DNA of 32,000 nt, from NCBI RefSeq assembly GCF_008000775.2, contig NZ_CP042905.2:2190001-2222000 (forward strand), written 5' to 3'. Below are positions 18,105-27,280 of this stretch, piece after piece. Every line of letters starts with the position of its first letter. Within the stretch, counting starts at the first letter, position 1. A model generated the notes under the pieces. It was not told the origin of the DNA. It made no database searches and saw only the letters and a program-made list of their open reading frames with translations. The position numbers were made by a program, and so were the translations under genes. This stretch comes from Promethearchaeum syntrophicum. GTDB taxonomy: Archaea > Asgardarchaeota > Lokiarchaeia > Sigyniarchaeales > Promethearchaeaceae.

Positions 18105-18512
18105 ATGGGTCAAAACCAAGGTGTAATTGATGTTAAGGTTGGTGTTGTTCCCGAAACTCCTATTTTTACTACTTTAACTCAGACAATCAACTCATCTGAA
18201 TTTACAATTGAATGGACTGCATCTAACTACACAGATGTTTATAATATTTATTTAGATGATACAATTGCAGGAAATACGACAATAACTGAATTTTTATTAG
18301 AATTTGATAATAATGGCGATTACATTGTTGGACTTTCTGTCCAAAATGAATACGGAATATCAAATCGGGCACTACCCATAACGATAATCGACGAAAATCC
18401 CAATTTTAAAGAATCTAACGATAATCATTATAGGTATTTCTTCGGAGGTGGATGGATAATAGTTGCAGGGTTTATTGGAGTTGCCTTTGTTAAAATGAAA
18501 TTGAAGAAGTAA
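18105..18512 (+). CDS. Fibronectin type III-like domain protein with C-terminal TM anchor
   Basis: SSEFTIEWTASNYTDVYNIYLDDT...YIVGLSVQNEYGISN Ig/Fn3-like strands, then GGGWIIVAGFIGVAFVKMKLKK membrane anchor. Confidence 0.6.
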   Translation: MGQNQGVIDVKVGVVPETPIFTTLTQTINSSEFTIEWTASNYTDVYNIYLDDTIAGNTTITEFLLEFDNNGDYIVGLSVQNEYGISNRALPITIIDENPNFKESNDNHYRYFFGGGWIIVAGFIGVAFVKMKLKK

Positions 18513-18532
18513 GCTCCTTTTTTTTCATGTTC

Positions 18533-19354
18533 TTATGGAGTCTTGGTAGAGCGTGACAGCTTTGTTGGACCCCATATGATGATAATTATTACTACAATAA
18601 TAATAGTAGTAAAAAATCCAATCCAACGGCCTATTCTGGTATACCAATAATGAATTGTGGCTGCAGATAAATTCATCATCCAATGGAATAAAATCGATAT
18701 TGACAAACTTCCTTTAGTATTGTTGTAAAGCCATGAATATAGTACAGATAATATAAGATTCATTAAGAAAAACTCGTAAAATGGGTAATTTGATTGAGTG
18801 GTTCCAGAAATAAAGGAAAGGGGTAAGTGCCATAGACTCCAAAAAAAACCTAATATTAAACTTGAGATTAGCGCATTATATTTTTTCTGAATTTTATCAA
18901 GAGCATATCCACGCCATCCAAACTCCTCTGCAATTGGTCCCCCAATGAAAAGAATCATAAAGAAATCCATTAAAATTTGCAATATCGGAGAAATCATTGA
19001 GTATTCTGCTGGGAATGTTTCGATTTGAATCATAATAATTAAAGTGATACTAGATGTAATAAATCCAAGAAAAATAGTGGGGATTAACCATTTCTTATCA
19101 AAATTCCACTGCCACGCTCTTTTCAACAAATTTTTTACACCCTCTATTTTCTTATATCGAAATATTATTATTATTGCAATTATTGAAGGACCAAAAGAAG
19201 CAAAAATACCACAGAAGAAAGGAATCGCCTCATGGATTGAAATTACTCCTTGGGAATTTAGAACACCGGGTAACCAGAATAGCCATGACCATATAAAGGT
19301 ATAAAGAAAGAATATGAAAAGATGATTTTCATTATTTATTTTAACTTCGCTCAT
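18533..19354 (-). CDS. CPBP family intramembrane metalloprotease (CAAX protease/Rce1-like)
   Basis: GPIAEEFGWRGYALDKIQKKYNALISSLILGFFWSLWHLPL and SILFHWMMN: EExxxR, FxxxH and HxxxN motifs. Confidence 0.9.
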   Translation of the reverse strand: MSEVKINNENHLFIFFLYTFIWSWLFWLPGVLNSQGVISIHEAIPFFCGIFASFGPSIIAIIIIFRYKKIEGVKNLLKRAWQWNFDKKWLIPTIFLGFITSSITLIIMIQIETFPAEYSMISPILQILMDFFMILFIGGPIAEEFGWRGYALDKIQKKYNALISSLILGFFWSLWHLPLSFISGTTQSNYPFYEFFLMNLILSVLYSWLYNNTKGSLSISILFHWMMNLSAATIHYWYTRIGRWIGFFTTIIIVVIIIIIWGPTKLSRSTKTP

Positions 19355-19427
19355 AAATACTCAAAAAAAAGGTTCTATATAAATCGCATTCCTAAAAATT
19401 TCCTTATTAGAGTGAAAACAAAAGATA

Positions 19428-19622
19428 ATGAAATTGAGGGTTATATCGCTGCTAATTCTCATTATTTGGATTATCTTTATGATTTTTTATTCAAGTTTCG
19501 AAAATTTTAATCGTCACCCTATGCTTTACGGCATTTTAATGCTTATGACATTTCTAAATATTTTAACAGCTAAAATTAAGAAGTTAGAAGAAAAAAAGAC
19601 TTTGGAATCCAATGATATCTAA
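19428..19622 (+). CDS. Small membrane protein, copy A of the duplicated module (N-terminally short)
   Basis: IIWIIFMIFYSSFENFNRHPMLYGILMLMTFLNILTAKIKKLEEKKTLESNDI closely matches 21308..21535. Confidence 0.45.
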   Translation: MKLRVISLLILIIWIIFMIFYSSFENFNRHPMLYGILMLMTFLNILTAKIKKLEEKKTLESNDI

Positions 19623-19707
19623 AAATTTGATTATTTGTGTATGTTAGCTTAGGTAATTTGAAATAGATCCATTTTTTTATTTAATTTTTTATCATTATTC
19701 TGAAATC

Positions 19708-19792
19708 AGCCAAAAGTTTCTGATAATAAAAGAGATGTTAATTATATCACGTTCGTGGATGAAAAATAAAAGAAAAATTAAAATAAAATTTT
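19708..19792 (+). repeat. Conserved noncoding repeat, copy A
   Basis: GCCAAAAGTTTCTGATAATAAAAGAGATGTTAATTATATCACGTTCGTGGATGAAAAATAAAAGAAAAATTAAAATAAAATTTT, nearly identical to 21588..21671. Confidence 0.9.
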
Positions 19793-19993
19793 AAAACGAT
19801 AATTCTTAATATAAATCCCGAAAATGGTGAGAAGATTTTATCTGTAGAAAAAGCAGATATTCAGGAAGAAAATGGGAAGATTTTTATTACAATTCCAAAG
19901 TCCGTTGTTTATGAAAAGGATGAGATAAGACCATTTTATGAGGATGAATATAATTTTTCTGTATTCGTTCTAAAATCAAAGAATGATGATTGA
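19793..19993 (+). pseudogene. Truncated C-terminal fragment of the 17205..17885 gene family
   Basis: Open frame TILNINPENGEKILSVEKADIQEENGKIFITIPKSVVYEKDEIRPFYEDEYNFSVFVLKSKNDD* without start codon; parallels the C-terminus of 17205..17885. Confidence 0.85.
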
Positions 19994-20272
19994 GACTCAT
20001 AAACAAACCCTTTTTTTTTATTCAATATTCATCTTGTTTCATTCTATCATAAAATATACTATTCCAAACCAGAAATTTTTCTGTAGAACTAATGATGGAA
20101 TGGTATAATTGAATATTAATTATTTCTTTTTCTTTCTGATTTCACTCTATTTGTTATTATTCTAAGAAAAATTTATTTTTCTTCGTTAGAAAAATTATTT
20201 TATCAAAAATCAATAAAAAGAAGATTTTCCTTAATATTCTTGAGAAGAATTTATTTTTCTCAGTGATTAAAA

Positions 20273-20833
20273 ATGAGTATTCCATCTGAAGATGTTCTTT
20301 TACAGGCAGTAAATCATAAAATTAGGAGAAAAATTCTCCAAATTGTGAATGATAATAAAGGTAGAAGTTATACAACGCTTCTTGAAACATTTGATATATC
20401 CAATGGAAAATTGAATTATCATCTAAAACTATTAAAAGGCTTTATACAAAAAGATGTAAATGGATATTACCAAATTACACCTTTAGGAATAAGAACACTC
20501 AAAATATTGGAAGATTTTATGCAAGAAATAAGTGAAGAAGAAAGACCTCTAATAAAAGAAGCGTATTTATCCCAAAAAGAAAATGATAAGTCTTTTATTG
20601 AACTACAATACGTGTCTGGGTATCGATTTAAGATAGTATTATTGATTGGATTGTATGCTATTATGATGATTGTAGGGATTCAGTACATTCCTGAAAATCC
20701 ATCATTTTATATTCCATTTCTTATAGCATTATCCGTTATAATCGTGCCAGGCATTGTCTTTCTTTTTAGAGTACAAAAAAAATCAGCTATATTCGCACGT
20801 AAAGTAGATAGATTACTCGATGATATGGAATAA
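20273..20833 (+). CDS. ArsR-like winged-helix regulator fused to two TM helices
   Basis: LLQAVNHKIRRKILQIVNDNKGRSYTTLLETFDISNGKLNYHLKLLKGFIQKDVNGYYQITPLG, then two hydrophobic segments and a short charged tail. Confidence 0.85.
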   Translation: MSIPSEDVLLQAVNHKIRRKILQIVNDNKGRSYTTLLETFDISNGKLNYHLKLLKGFIQKDVNGYYQITPLGIRTLKILEDFMQEISEEERPLIKEAYLSQKENDKSFIELQYVSGYRFKIVLLIGLYAIMMIVGIQYIPENPSFYIPFLIALSVIIVPGIVFLFRVQKKSAIFARKVDRLLDDME

Positions 20834-21017
20834 ATTCAAATTTTAAATGAATTCCCTTCATTTGTTGCTTAAGTAGAGTTTAGAGCATATATTTACATTA
20901 GTAGTGGACTTTAGGAAAAAATGGAATAGCATAAGAAAGACTTGAAAAAATTTAGTAAACGAATTAAAAAAACATTAGAAAACCAAATCAACTAAAAATA
21001 AACGATCTGATAAAAAA

Positions 21018-21284
21018 ATGATTGATAAAAACATGTATAAGAGATTAAGAATGGCGGTAGCAATAATGCTGCTGATAATGGTAGGAATATGGCTCATTGA
21101 AATAATATATTTAATGATCAATGGAGCAGATATTGAAGTGGTAATTGGTGATGAAGATAATTTTGTATGGATGATATTTTTGCTTCAACCTATGTCTATA
21201 TTGACTTTATTACCGGTAATTCTTTTAATGACTAAAAAAATTGAAAAGAAGGAAACTTCAATCGAGAAGTTGCAGGTTAATTAA
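21018..21284 (+). CDS. Small two-TM membrane protein
   Basis: 88-aa ORF with two hydrophobic helices, co-directional with the HTH-TM gene. Confidence 0.5.
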   Translation: MIDKNMYKRLRMAVAIMLLIMVGIWLIEIIYLMINGADIEVVIGDEDNFVWMIFLLQPMSILTLLPVILLMTKKIEKKETSIEKLQVN

Positions 21285-21307
21285 AAAAATATAATGGAAG
21301 AATAAAT

Positions 21308-21535
21308 ATGGATGAACTAGAAAAACTATATCGAGGTCGAGCTGCTGTAGGCATTATCTCAATACTAATTCTCATAACTTGGATTATCTATATGATTCTT
21401 TATTGTAGTTTTGAGTATTTTTATCGTCACCCTATGCTTTACAGCATTTTAATGCTTATGACATTTCATAATATTTTCACTGCTAGAATTAAGAAGTTAG
21501 AAGAAAACTATACTTCAGAAACCAATGATATCTAA
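21308..21535 (+). CDS. Small two-TM membrane protein, copy B of the duplicated module
   Basis: 75-aa ORF homologous to 19428..19622. Confidence 0.55.
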   Translation: MDELEKLYRGRAAVGIISILILITWIIYMILYCSFEYFYRHPMLYSILMLMTFHNIFTARIKKLEENYTSETNDI

Positions 21536-21587
21536 GAATATGAATATAAACCAATTTTTTTTTATTTAATCTCATTTTTCTTAAATC

Positions 21588-21671
21588 ATCCAAAAGTATC
21601 TGAGAATAAAAGAGACGTTAATTATATCACGTTCGTGGATGAAAAATAAAGGAAAAATTAAAATAAAATTT
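21588..21671 (+). repeat. Conserved noncoding repeat, copy B
   Basis: Near-identical to 19708..19792, including the invariant core TTAATTATATCACGTTCGTGGATGAAAAATAAA. Confidence 0.9.
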
Positions 21672-21726
21672 ACTATAATCATTTTTGAGGGATATTTTAA
21701 GTGAAACCTTTTTTTGGTGAAATAAT

Positions 21727-22578
21727 TTGATGAAGCATTTCTGGGTAATTTATTCGCAAAGTTCAGTTTCGCTCTTTTACAAAAACTATTCAGACTTTAA
21801 TCTGGACCCAGATCTAGTAAGTGGATTCTTAAGCGCTTTAAATTATTTTTCAGAATCTGAACTTGATTCTCAAGAGATTCTATCAATTGAAATGTCCGGT
21901 CTAAAGTGGGTGTATTCATACCATAAAGAAATGGGATTACTTTTAGTTGCTGCTTGTGAACCAAGTGCTGATACTAAAGTAATATTAGCTAGATTGCAAG
22001 TTATTTACAAAATGTTTGTTGAGCAGTTCAATTTAACTCCTGAATTACTTAATAAAGTTATTGTTGATCAAGAAAAATATGCTCCATTTGAAGAAATTCT
22101 TGACATGCTTTCAATGCAATGGAAACAAGCAGAAAAACTTATGAGCAGCAGTGGGGCTGCACATATATTCGATTTAATGCTCGTGTTTCAACAAATTTAT
22201 AATCATTTTAATAAGATTATTAGAAAAAAATTCCATAAAGAAGATTATGACAATGTAATTGATGAAATTGGAATGATTCTTAAAAATCTAAAGGAATCTC
22301 CTGAATTTAAGGAGAATCCGGAGTTATCGAAAATCTCATTCTCGAAACACGGATGGTCCGTTATCACCCTAAATCCTATGATATTGGACGAAGAAGTGCT
22401 TAAAAGAACATTAATTATGATTTTACTCCATCTTAATAACGTTCTTAAAGCTCATATGCGCGATTATCCTCGATTTAATGCATATTCAAAGGGAATTTAC
22501 AAATATCTGATTGAACAATTTGATCTTTTAAATAAATTAGATCTTGTCCGTATTCTATTACAGATGTTTATTCAATAA
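21727..22578 (+). CDS. Longin-like domain protein, paralog 2
   Basis: MMKHFWVIYSQSSVSLFYKNYSDFNLDPDLVSGFLSALNYFSESELDSQEILSIEMSGLKWVYSYHKEMGLLLVAACEP...; full-length similarity to 25396..26238. Confidence 0.75.
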   Translation: MMKHFWVIYSQSSVSLFYKNYSDFNLDPDLVSGFLSALNYFSESELDSQEILSIEMSGLKWVYSYHKEMGLLLVAACEPSADTKVILARLQVIYKMFVEQFNLTPELLNKVIVDQEKYAPFEEILDMLSMQWKQAEKLMSSSGAAHIFDLMLVFQQIYNHFNKIIRKKFHKEDYDNVIDEIGMILKNLKESPEFKENPELSKISFSKHGWSVITLNPMILDEEVLKRTLIMILLHLNNVLKAHMRDYPRFNAYSKGIYKYLIEQFDLLNKLDLVRILLQMFIQ

Positions 22579-22660
22579 AACTCCTAAAAGGTATGTGTGT
22601 GTTTCACTAATCCAATTTGATAAGGAACCTGATAGAAAATTATTGGATTTCTTAGAATTA

Positions 22661-23275
22661 TCAGAGAATACCCCGTTTCTTTAGTTCGTTTTTTATTTGG
22701 ATAGAAGATTGCATCCAGATCCCAATAACGCCGAGTTTTTCTGCTTCAATAACGTTCTTTTCTAAATCATCGATGAACATCACTTGATAAGGCTCCAAAT
22801 TTAACGAAGCTAAAGTTTTTTGATATATTTCCAATTCTGGTTTGCGAGCGTGCAATTCGTGTGAGAAGAAAGTTGACTCAAAAGAAGAAAATAATTGCGG
22901 AAATCGTTGCTTGATATCTTGGGCATGTAATTCGTTGATATTTGATAAAGCATATATTTTAAATCTCTCACGTAATTGTCCCACCAATGTAACCATCTTT
23001 GGATTTATTCCTATGTTTGTGTAAATCCATCCTCTTTTAAATTGCTCAAATTCCCAAGTAATATTCATTTCCTTTGTTAAATATTCGTAAAATTCAAACG
23101 CAGTTATCAAACCTTTTTCAAATTGATATAGAATCTCACTTTCATACGCGAAGTGAGATCGAAAGATCTTAGCCTCGTAGTTAGTCAATTCTGCCCATTT
23201 TTGATACGCTCGTTCAAATGAAAAGTTAATTAATACTCCCCCTAAGTCAAAAATGATTACTTTAATTTGAGTCAT
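22661..23275 (-). CDS. HAD-superfamily hydrolase (subfamily IA-like)
   Basis: IKVIIFDLGGVLINF, YALSNINELH, HARKPELEIYQ, VMFIDDLEKNVIEAEKLG. The start is set at MTQIKV (23275); the track ORF extends upstream to 23365. Confidence 0.92.
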   Translation of the reverse strand: MTQIKVIIFDLGGVLINFSFERAYQKWAELTNYEAKIFRSHFAYESEILYQFEKGLITAFEFYEYLTKEMNITWEFEQFKRGWIYTNIGINPKMVTLVGQLRERFKIYALSNINELHAQDIKQRFPQLFSSFESTFFSHELHARKPELEIYQKTLASLNLEPYQVMFIDDLEKNVIEAEKLGVIGIWMQSSIQIKNELKKRGIL

Positions 23276-23648
23276 ATTCCTTTTACCTTCTTTACCGAAA
23301 AAACTATCTAATATAAGAAAAACCCCAATTATAAATAATTTTAACCCAAAACTTTCAAAAATCATGAAAAAACTTCTTGATTCATAAATTGATAAAATTT
23401 TCTCAATTGAGCTCGTTTTACTAAAAAAATTTGGAGGAAACCCTCTGTTCCTTTCTCCCCCCAGTAAAAAAACTCTTGCTAGTTTGTAAACCTGAACCTG
23501 AAATATATTTTTGGAGCGCTTTAAGTGGGAATCGCGAGGATCGTAGTAAATTCTGCTGAATAAATAATAGTGAAGATGGAAGTCCGTCTATTCTTAAATA
23601 AAATTAATTATTTAACGGATTAGGAAGATTTTTCTTTTCCTAAACGGT

Positions 23649-25088
23649 CTAAAAAATCAGTAAATACAGGTAGATATATCCTATACCCAGTAAGATATGG
23701 ATGATTGCAAAAAATCCACCAACAATTACAAAATTTTTATAGGTGAAACCTTTTACTTTATGCTTCCGTGCTAATTCTAATGTCATCATATCACAAGCGG
23801 CTCCTTGTGGGAGAAAATTACCTCCTAAATTGATTCCTAATGTAAAAGCTATAAAAATAGGGTTACTAATATATTGATTTGTTGAAATTATATCCGCAAT
23901 TATAGGTAGGAATAATATAGTTATTGGGGCATCATCCATGAGCCCTGATAACAATGAAGATATTATTAGGATTCCAATAGATAATAGAAAAGTATTATGT
24001 TGGGTTAAATTTTCTATTAAATTTTCAAGAATTATTGTCAATTCCGCTAATTCCATAAAATATACAATTAAAAAGAGAATTATGAAAAAATAGATTAATT
24101 TTGCATCAATTCTGTGAAGATAGTTTGATAATGAAGGTTCTTTTTTTCCATTTCTTATTTTTATAGGGTTCAAAAATATGAACAACATTAATCCAAGGAT
24201 TCCTGCAACCACAATGCTCCTTATTGTCGACAGTATAATTATAAAAATAACCAAACCTACCAAATTCTTTTTATATGCTTTCTTTTCAATCTCAATTGCC
24301 AGTATTTTTTTGGTGGATTTAACTTCGATTAATTTGATTTGTTGACTATGTGGAACTTCAATCGTAGTTAAATGGATTTTTTTTGGATTATCTGATTGTA
24401 AATCTTTTAAATCTAAGTATCCTGGTATCGAAGAATCAAATTCGTCATTATATTCTTTTAAATACTTAGTTAAAATTAATCTATCTAATAAGAACAGTGT
24501 TATTGCTAAACTGAATATAAAATAGATTCCCAAATAAATTATATGCCAATGTAAATCTAAATTGAACCTATTTGCAATAATTATATTTTCAGCAGAACCA
24601 AATGGAGTAAGTGTGCTCGCCAAGTTAATACAAATAGTTACCCCATACATATATGGAATAGGATTAATTTTCATTTTTCGACAAGCTTCAATAACAATCG
24701 GAATAAAAATAATGGCCACGCTTAAATCCTCAATTATTGTAGCTATAAGAGTAGACACAATACTAAGTATATAGAACAATAACCGAGGTTTTCCGTGAAA
24801 TTTATTTACAATAATTATAGCAAATTGATGGAAAATTTTTTGTTCATTTAAAATCTCTACGATACAAAATAAGCAAAATAAAAACACAATTACTTCCCAA
24901 TCAATTGCTAAAATAACATCTTCTTTATTGTCCATTGAGCCAGGTTTCAAAAAATAAGTACTAATTGCAACGATAAAAATAAAGACTAAAGAATAGATTA
25001 GGTAATCTTTTGATTCCATAAATAATATAATAATAATTCCAGTAAAACACAATCCAACTATTATCTGAAGTATTAATATATTTTCCAT
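23649..25088 (-). CDS. SLC13/ArsB/NhaD-type ion transporter superfamily permease
   Basis: Roughly 12 hydrophobic segments; IIEDLSVAIIFIPIVIEACRKM..NLASTLTPFGSAENIIIANRF and LSGLMDDAPITILFLPI..LGINLGGNFLPQGAACDMM inverted-repeat motifs. Confidence 0.85.
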   Translation of the reverse strand: MENILILQIIVGLCFTGIIIILFMESKDYLIYSLVFIFIVAISTYFLKPGSMDNKEDVILAIDWEVIVFLFCLFCIVEILNEQKIFHQFAIIIVNKFHGKPRLLFYILSIVSTLIATIIEDLSVAIIFIPIVIEACRKMKINPIPYMYGVTICINLASTLTPFGSAENIIIANRFNLDLHWHIIYLGIYFIFSLAITLFLLDRLILTKYLKEYNDEFDSSIPGYLDLKDLQSDNPKKIHLTTIEVPHSQQIKLIEVKSTKKILAIEIEKKAYKKNLVGLVIFIIILSTIRSIVVAGILGLMLFIFLNPIKIRNGKKEPSLSNYLHRIDAKLIYFFIILFLIVYFMELAELTIILENLIENLTQHNTFLLSIGILIISSLLSGLMDDAPITILFLPIIADIISTNQYISNPIFIAFTLGINLGGNFLPQGAACDMMTLELARKHKVKGFTYKNFVIVGGFFAIIHILLGIGYIYLYLLIF

Positions 25089-25395
25089 ATAGATATCACA
25101 CTTGGCTTAGTTGAAAGATCATCATATCAATTAAAATTTTAGAAAGATAAATTATATGCATATAACTCGAAAATTATGCATTAATTAAATGTTGGTTTTG
25201 GCTGCAGTTTCAAGATGTACCTTAATATGCATTCTTTTTATTGAACTATTGATATATAAAACTTTGTGTAATAAAATGATAAAGAACTGACAAAATATCT
25301 TTTATTTTTTTTCATCACAATTTCATTTATATTTTTTTTTTACCACAAATTTTTACCCCAATGTTCAATATTGATATTTAGAGGGAAAATATTAG

Positions 25396-26238
25396 ATGAA
25401 ACATTTTTGGATTATCAATTCTTACAGTTCCGTAGCGTTATTCTATCGAAATTATTCTAATTTTACGTTGGATCAGGATTTGATTTCTGGTTTTTTAATG
25501 GCTTTAAACTCCTTCTCGGAGGTTGAACTGAAATCTCATGGGATCTCTTCCATTATCATGGGTGGACTTTCTTGGGTTTACTACGATCCCCGCGATTCTG
25601 GTTTAATGTTTGTAGCGGCTGATGATGTTAAATCAAATACCGAAGTCATGCGTTCCAGATTGGAAGTTATTTTTAAAATGTTTGTTCAACAATATGATAT
25701 AACTTCTAAAAAAATGCAATCTCTTGTCGATCAAAGTAAATATGTAGAATTTCAGGAAACACTCGATATGCTGGAAAAACAGTGGAAGCAAGCTGAAACG
25801 ATCTTAGAGGGTGGAGCAGCACTTATTTTTGACCTTCTCGGAATATTTCAACAATTATTTAATCAATTTAACCACATAATCCAAACTACCTTTTTTAAGG
25901 AAGAAAATGAAAAGGTTATGGATCAAATCGGTGAAATGCTGGAAAATCTAAATACCATGCCAGAATTTACGGATAATCCTGAACTTTCAAACATATCATT
26001 CGACGAACATGGATGGGATATTATCACCTTAAATCCACTCAAAATAGAGTTGGATGTCCTAAAAAGAACATTGACCCTCATAACTATCCATTTAAATAAT
26101 GTTTTGAAAGAAAATTTAACGGATTATGGGAGAATGAATGCTTATATAAACCACCTTTTTCCTTATATAATGGCACAGTATGAATTACTCGAAAATTTGG
26201 GAGTTCTCCATGATCTTCTTAGAATTTTCTTGCAATAA
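25396..26238 (+). CDS. Longin-like domain protein, paralog 3
   Basis: MKHFWIINSYSSVALFYRNYSNFTLDQDLISGFLMALNSFSEVELKSHGISSIIMGGLSWVYYDPRDSGLMFVAADDVKSNTEVMRSRLEVIFKMFV; strong similarity to 21727..22578. Confidence 0.75.
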   Translation: MKHFWIINSYSSVALFYRNYSNFTLDQDLISGFLMALNSFSEVELKSHGISSIIMGGLSWVYYDPRDSGLMFVAADDVKSNTEVMRSRLEVIFKMFVQQYDITSKKMQSLVDQSKYVEFQETLDMLEKQWKQAETILEGGAALIFDLLGIFQQLFNQFNHIIQTTFFKEENEKVMDQIGEMLENLNTMPEFTDNPELSNISFDEHGWDIITLNPLKIELDVLKRTLTLITIHLNNVLKENLTDYGRMNAYINHLFPYIMAQYELLENLGVLHDLLRIFLQ

Positions 26239-26250
26239 AAACCCATAAAA

Positions 26251-27141
26251 CTAACTTGATTCTTTTTTTTTCTCATCGGTATAATATTGTTTAATGCAAT
26301 CTGCACATAAACCATGCGAAAATAGCAATTTAGAATGATCTGAAAAATATTGCTCAATTTGATGCCAATTTCCTTCATCATCTTTAATTTTCTTACAATG
26401 GGCACAAATAGATAAGATGTTACCGATAATCTTTGCTTTTGCCTTATCTGCTGAAAAAATAAGAATTTTGAGCAATTGTGGCTCAAGTGCAAAAGATAAA
26501 CTTGAAATCAATGCCCCTAAACCGATTGATATCATCATAATACCTGGAAGAATTTTTGTTAATCGAGTTATATAAAACACAAATGAAAAAATACCGAAAA
26601 AGAAACCTCCAAGTAAAGTTAAACTAGCTTTCTTTTTTAGCGATTTAGGAGCTTTAATAAAAATCATTAAGCAGAACACGAAATATAATAGTGCGATTTG
26701 AGCTGTAAATATGGATAACCAAGTATGGTAAACATCGTTTGTTTGAAAACTAGGGCTTCCAGATGCTAAAAAAATGGGCTTAATTGCTTCAGAACTTAAA
26801 GAGGAAATAATTACTCCTGCTGCTGAAAATCCAAAGAGAAGAGTTTTAATCGGATCTAATGAACCCCGATAAAAACTATCTAAAACATATATCAATAAGA
26901 GTGTGGCGGGGATTAGAATAAGAATTTCCCATTTAAATAATTCCCTCGATTGAATAAGAAGCGCGACACCTCCTAAAGCCATATAAAGAAATACGAAATC
27001 CCAGATAATCACTATTAAATAATGAAATCTGTGTTTTACTTTCAGATATTCTCGAAACATTATCGTCCCGCTTATCAACATGAGAAATGCAGCAAGAAAA
27101 TAATTAAAAACTTCGATATTCCAATTCAATGTTAAGATCAT
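26251..27141 (-). CDS. Multi-TM membrane protein with C-terminal ICxxCKKIKDD...C4 zinc-type domain
   Basis: Seven to eight hydrophobic segments followed by LSICAHCKKIKDDEGNWHQIEQYFSDHSKLLFSHGLCADCIKQYY. Confidence 0.8.
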   Translation of the reverse strand: MILTLNWNIEVFNYFLAAFLMLISGTIMFREYLKVKHRFHYLIVIIWDFVFLYMALGGVALLIQSRELFKWEILILIPATLLLIYVLDSFYRGSLDPIKTLLFGFSAAGVIISSLSSEAIKPIFLASGSPSFQTNDVYHTWLSIFTAQIALLYFVFCLMIFIKAPKSLKKKASLTLLGGFFFGIFSFVFYITRLTKILPGIMMISIGLGALISSLSFALEPQLLKILIFSADKAKAKIIGNILSICAHCKKIKDDEGNWHQIEQYFSDHSKLLFSHGLCADCIKQYYTDEKKKESS

Positions 27142-27280
27142 TTATTTATGAGCACTCTTTTTTAAAACCACTTTATCTAATCAAATAATTTCTTTCATTT
27201 ATTATCATATTTTTGGAAACATTCTAATTAGAATTAATAATTTTTCTGATTTAGTTTAAATTCAATCTTCCTTCTTTGAT

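Noticed and set aside
22842-23024. 60-aa plus-strand ORF inside the HAD hydrolase gene
   Set aside because: Antisense to recognisable HAD motifs.
23276-23365. N-terminal extension of the HAD ORF (MIFESFGLKLFIIGVFLILDSFFGKEGKRN)
   Set aside because: The HAD fold starts at MTQIKVIIFDLGG, and the extension is AT-rich hydrophobic read-in. The start was moved to 23275.
23380-23640. Possible ncRNA in the intergenic region with C-rich and hairpin-like stretches
   Set aside because: No tRNA, C/D-box or other recognisable structure could be supported by eye. It needs covariance searches.
26163-26492. 109-aa minus-strand ORF
   Set aside because: Overlaps the ends of two confident convergent genes and lacks protein-like character.
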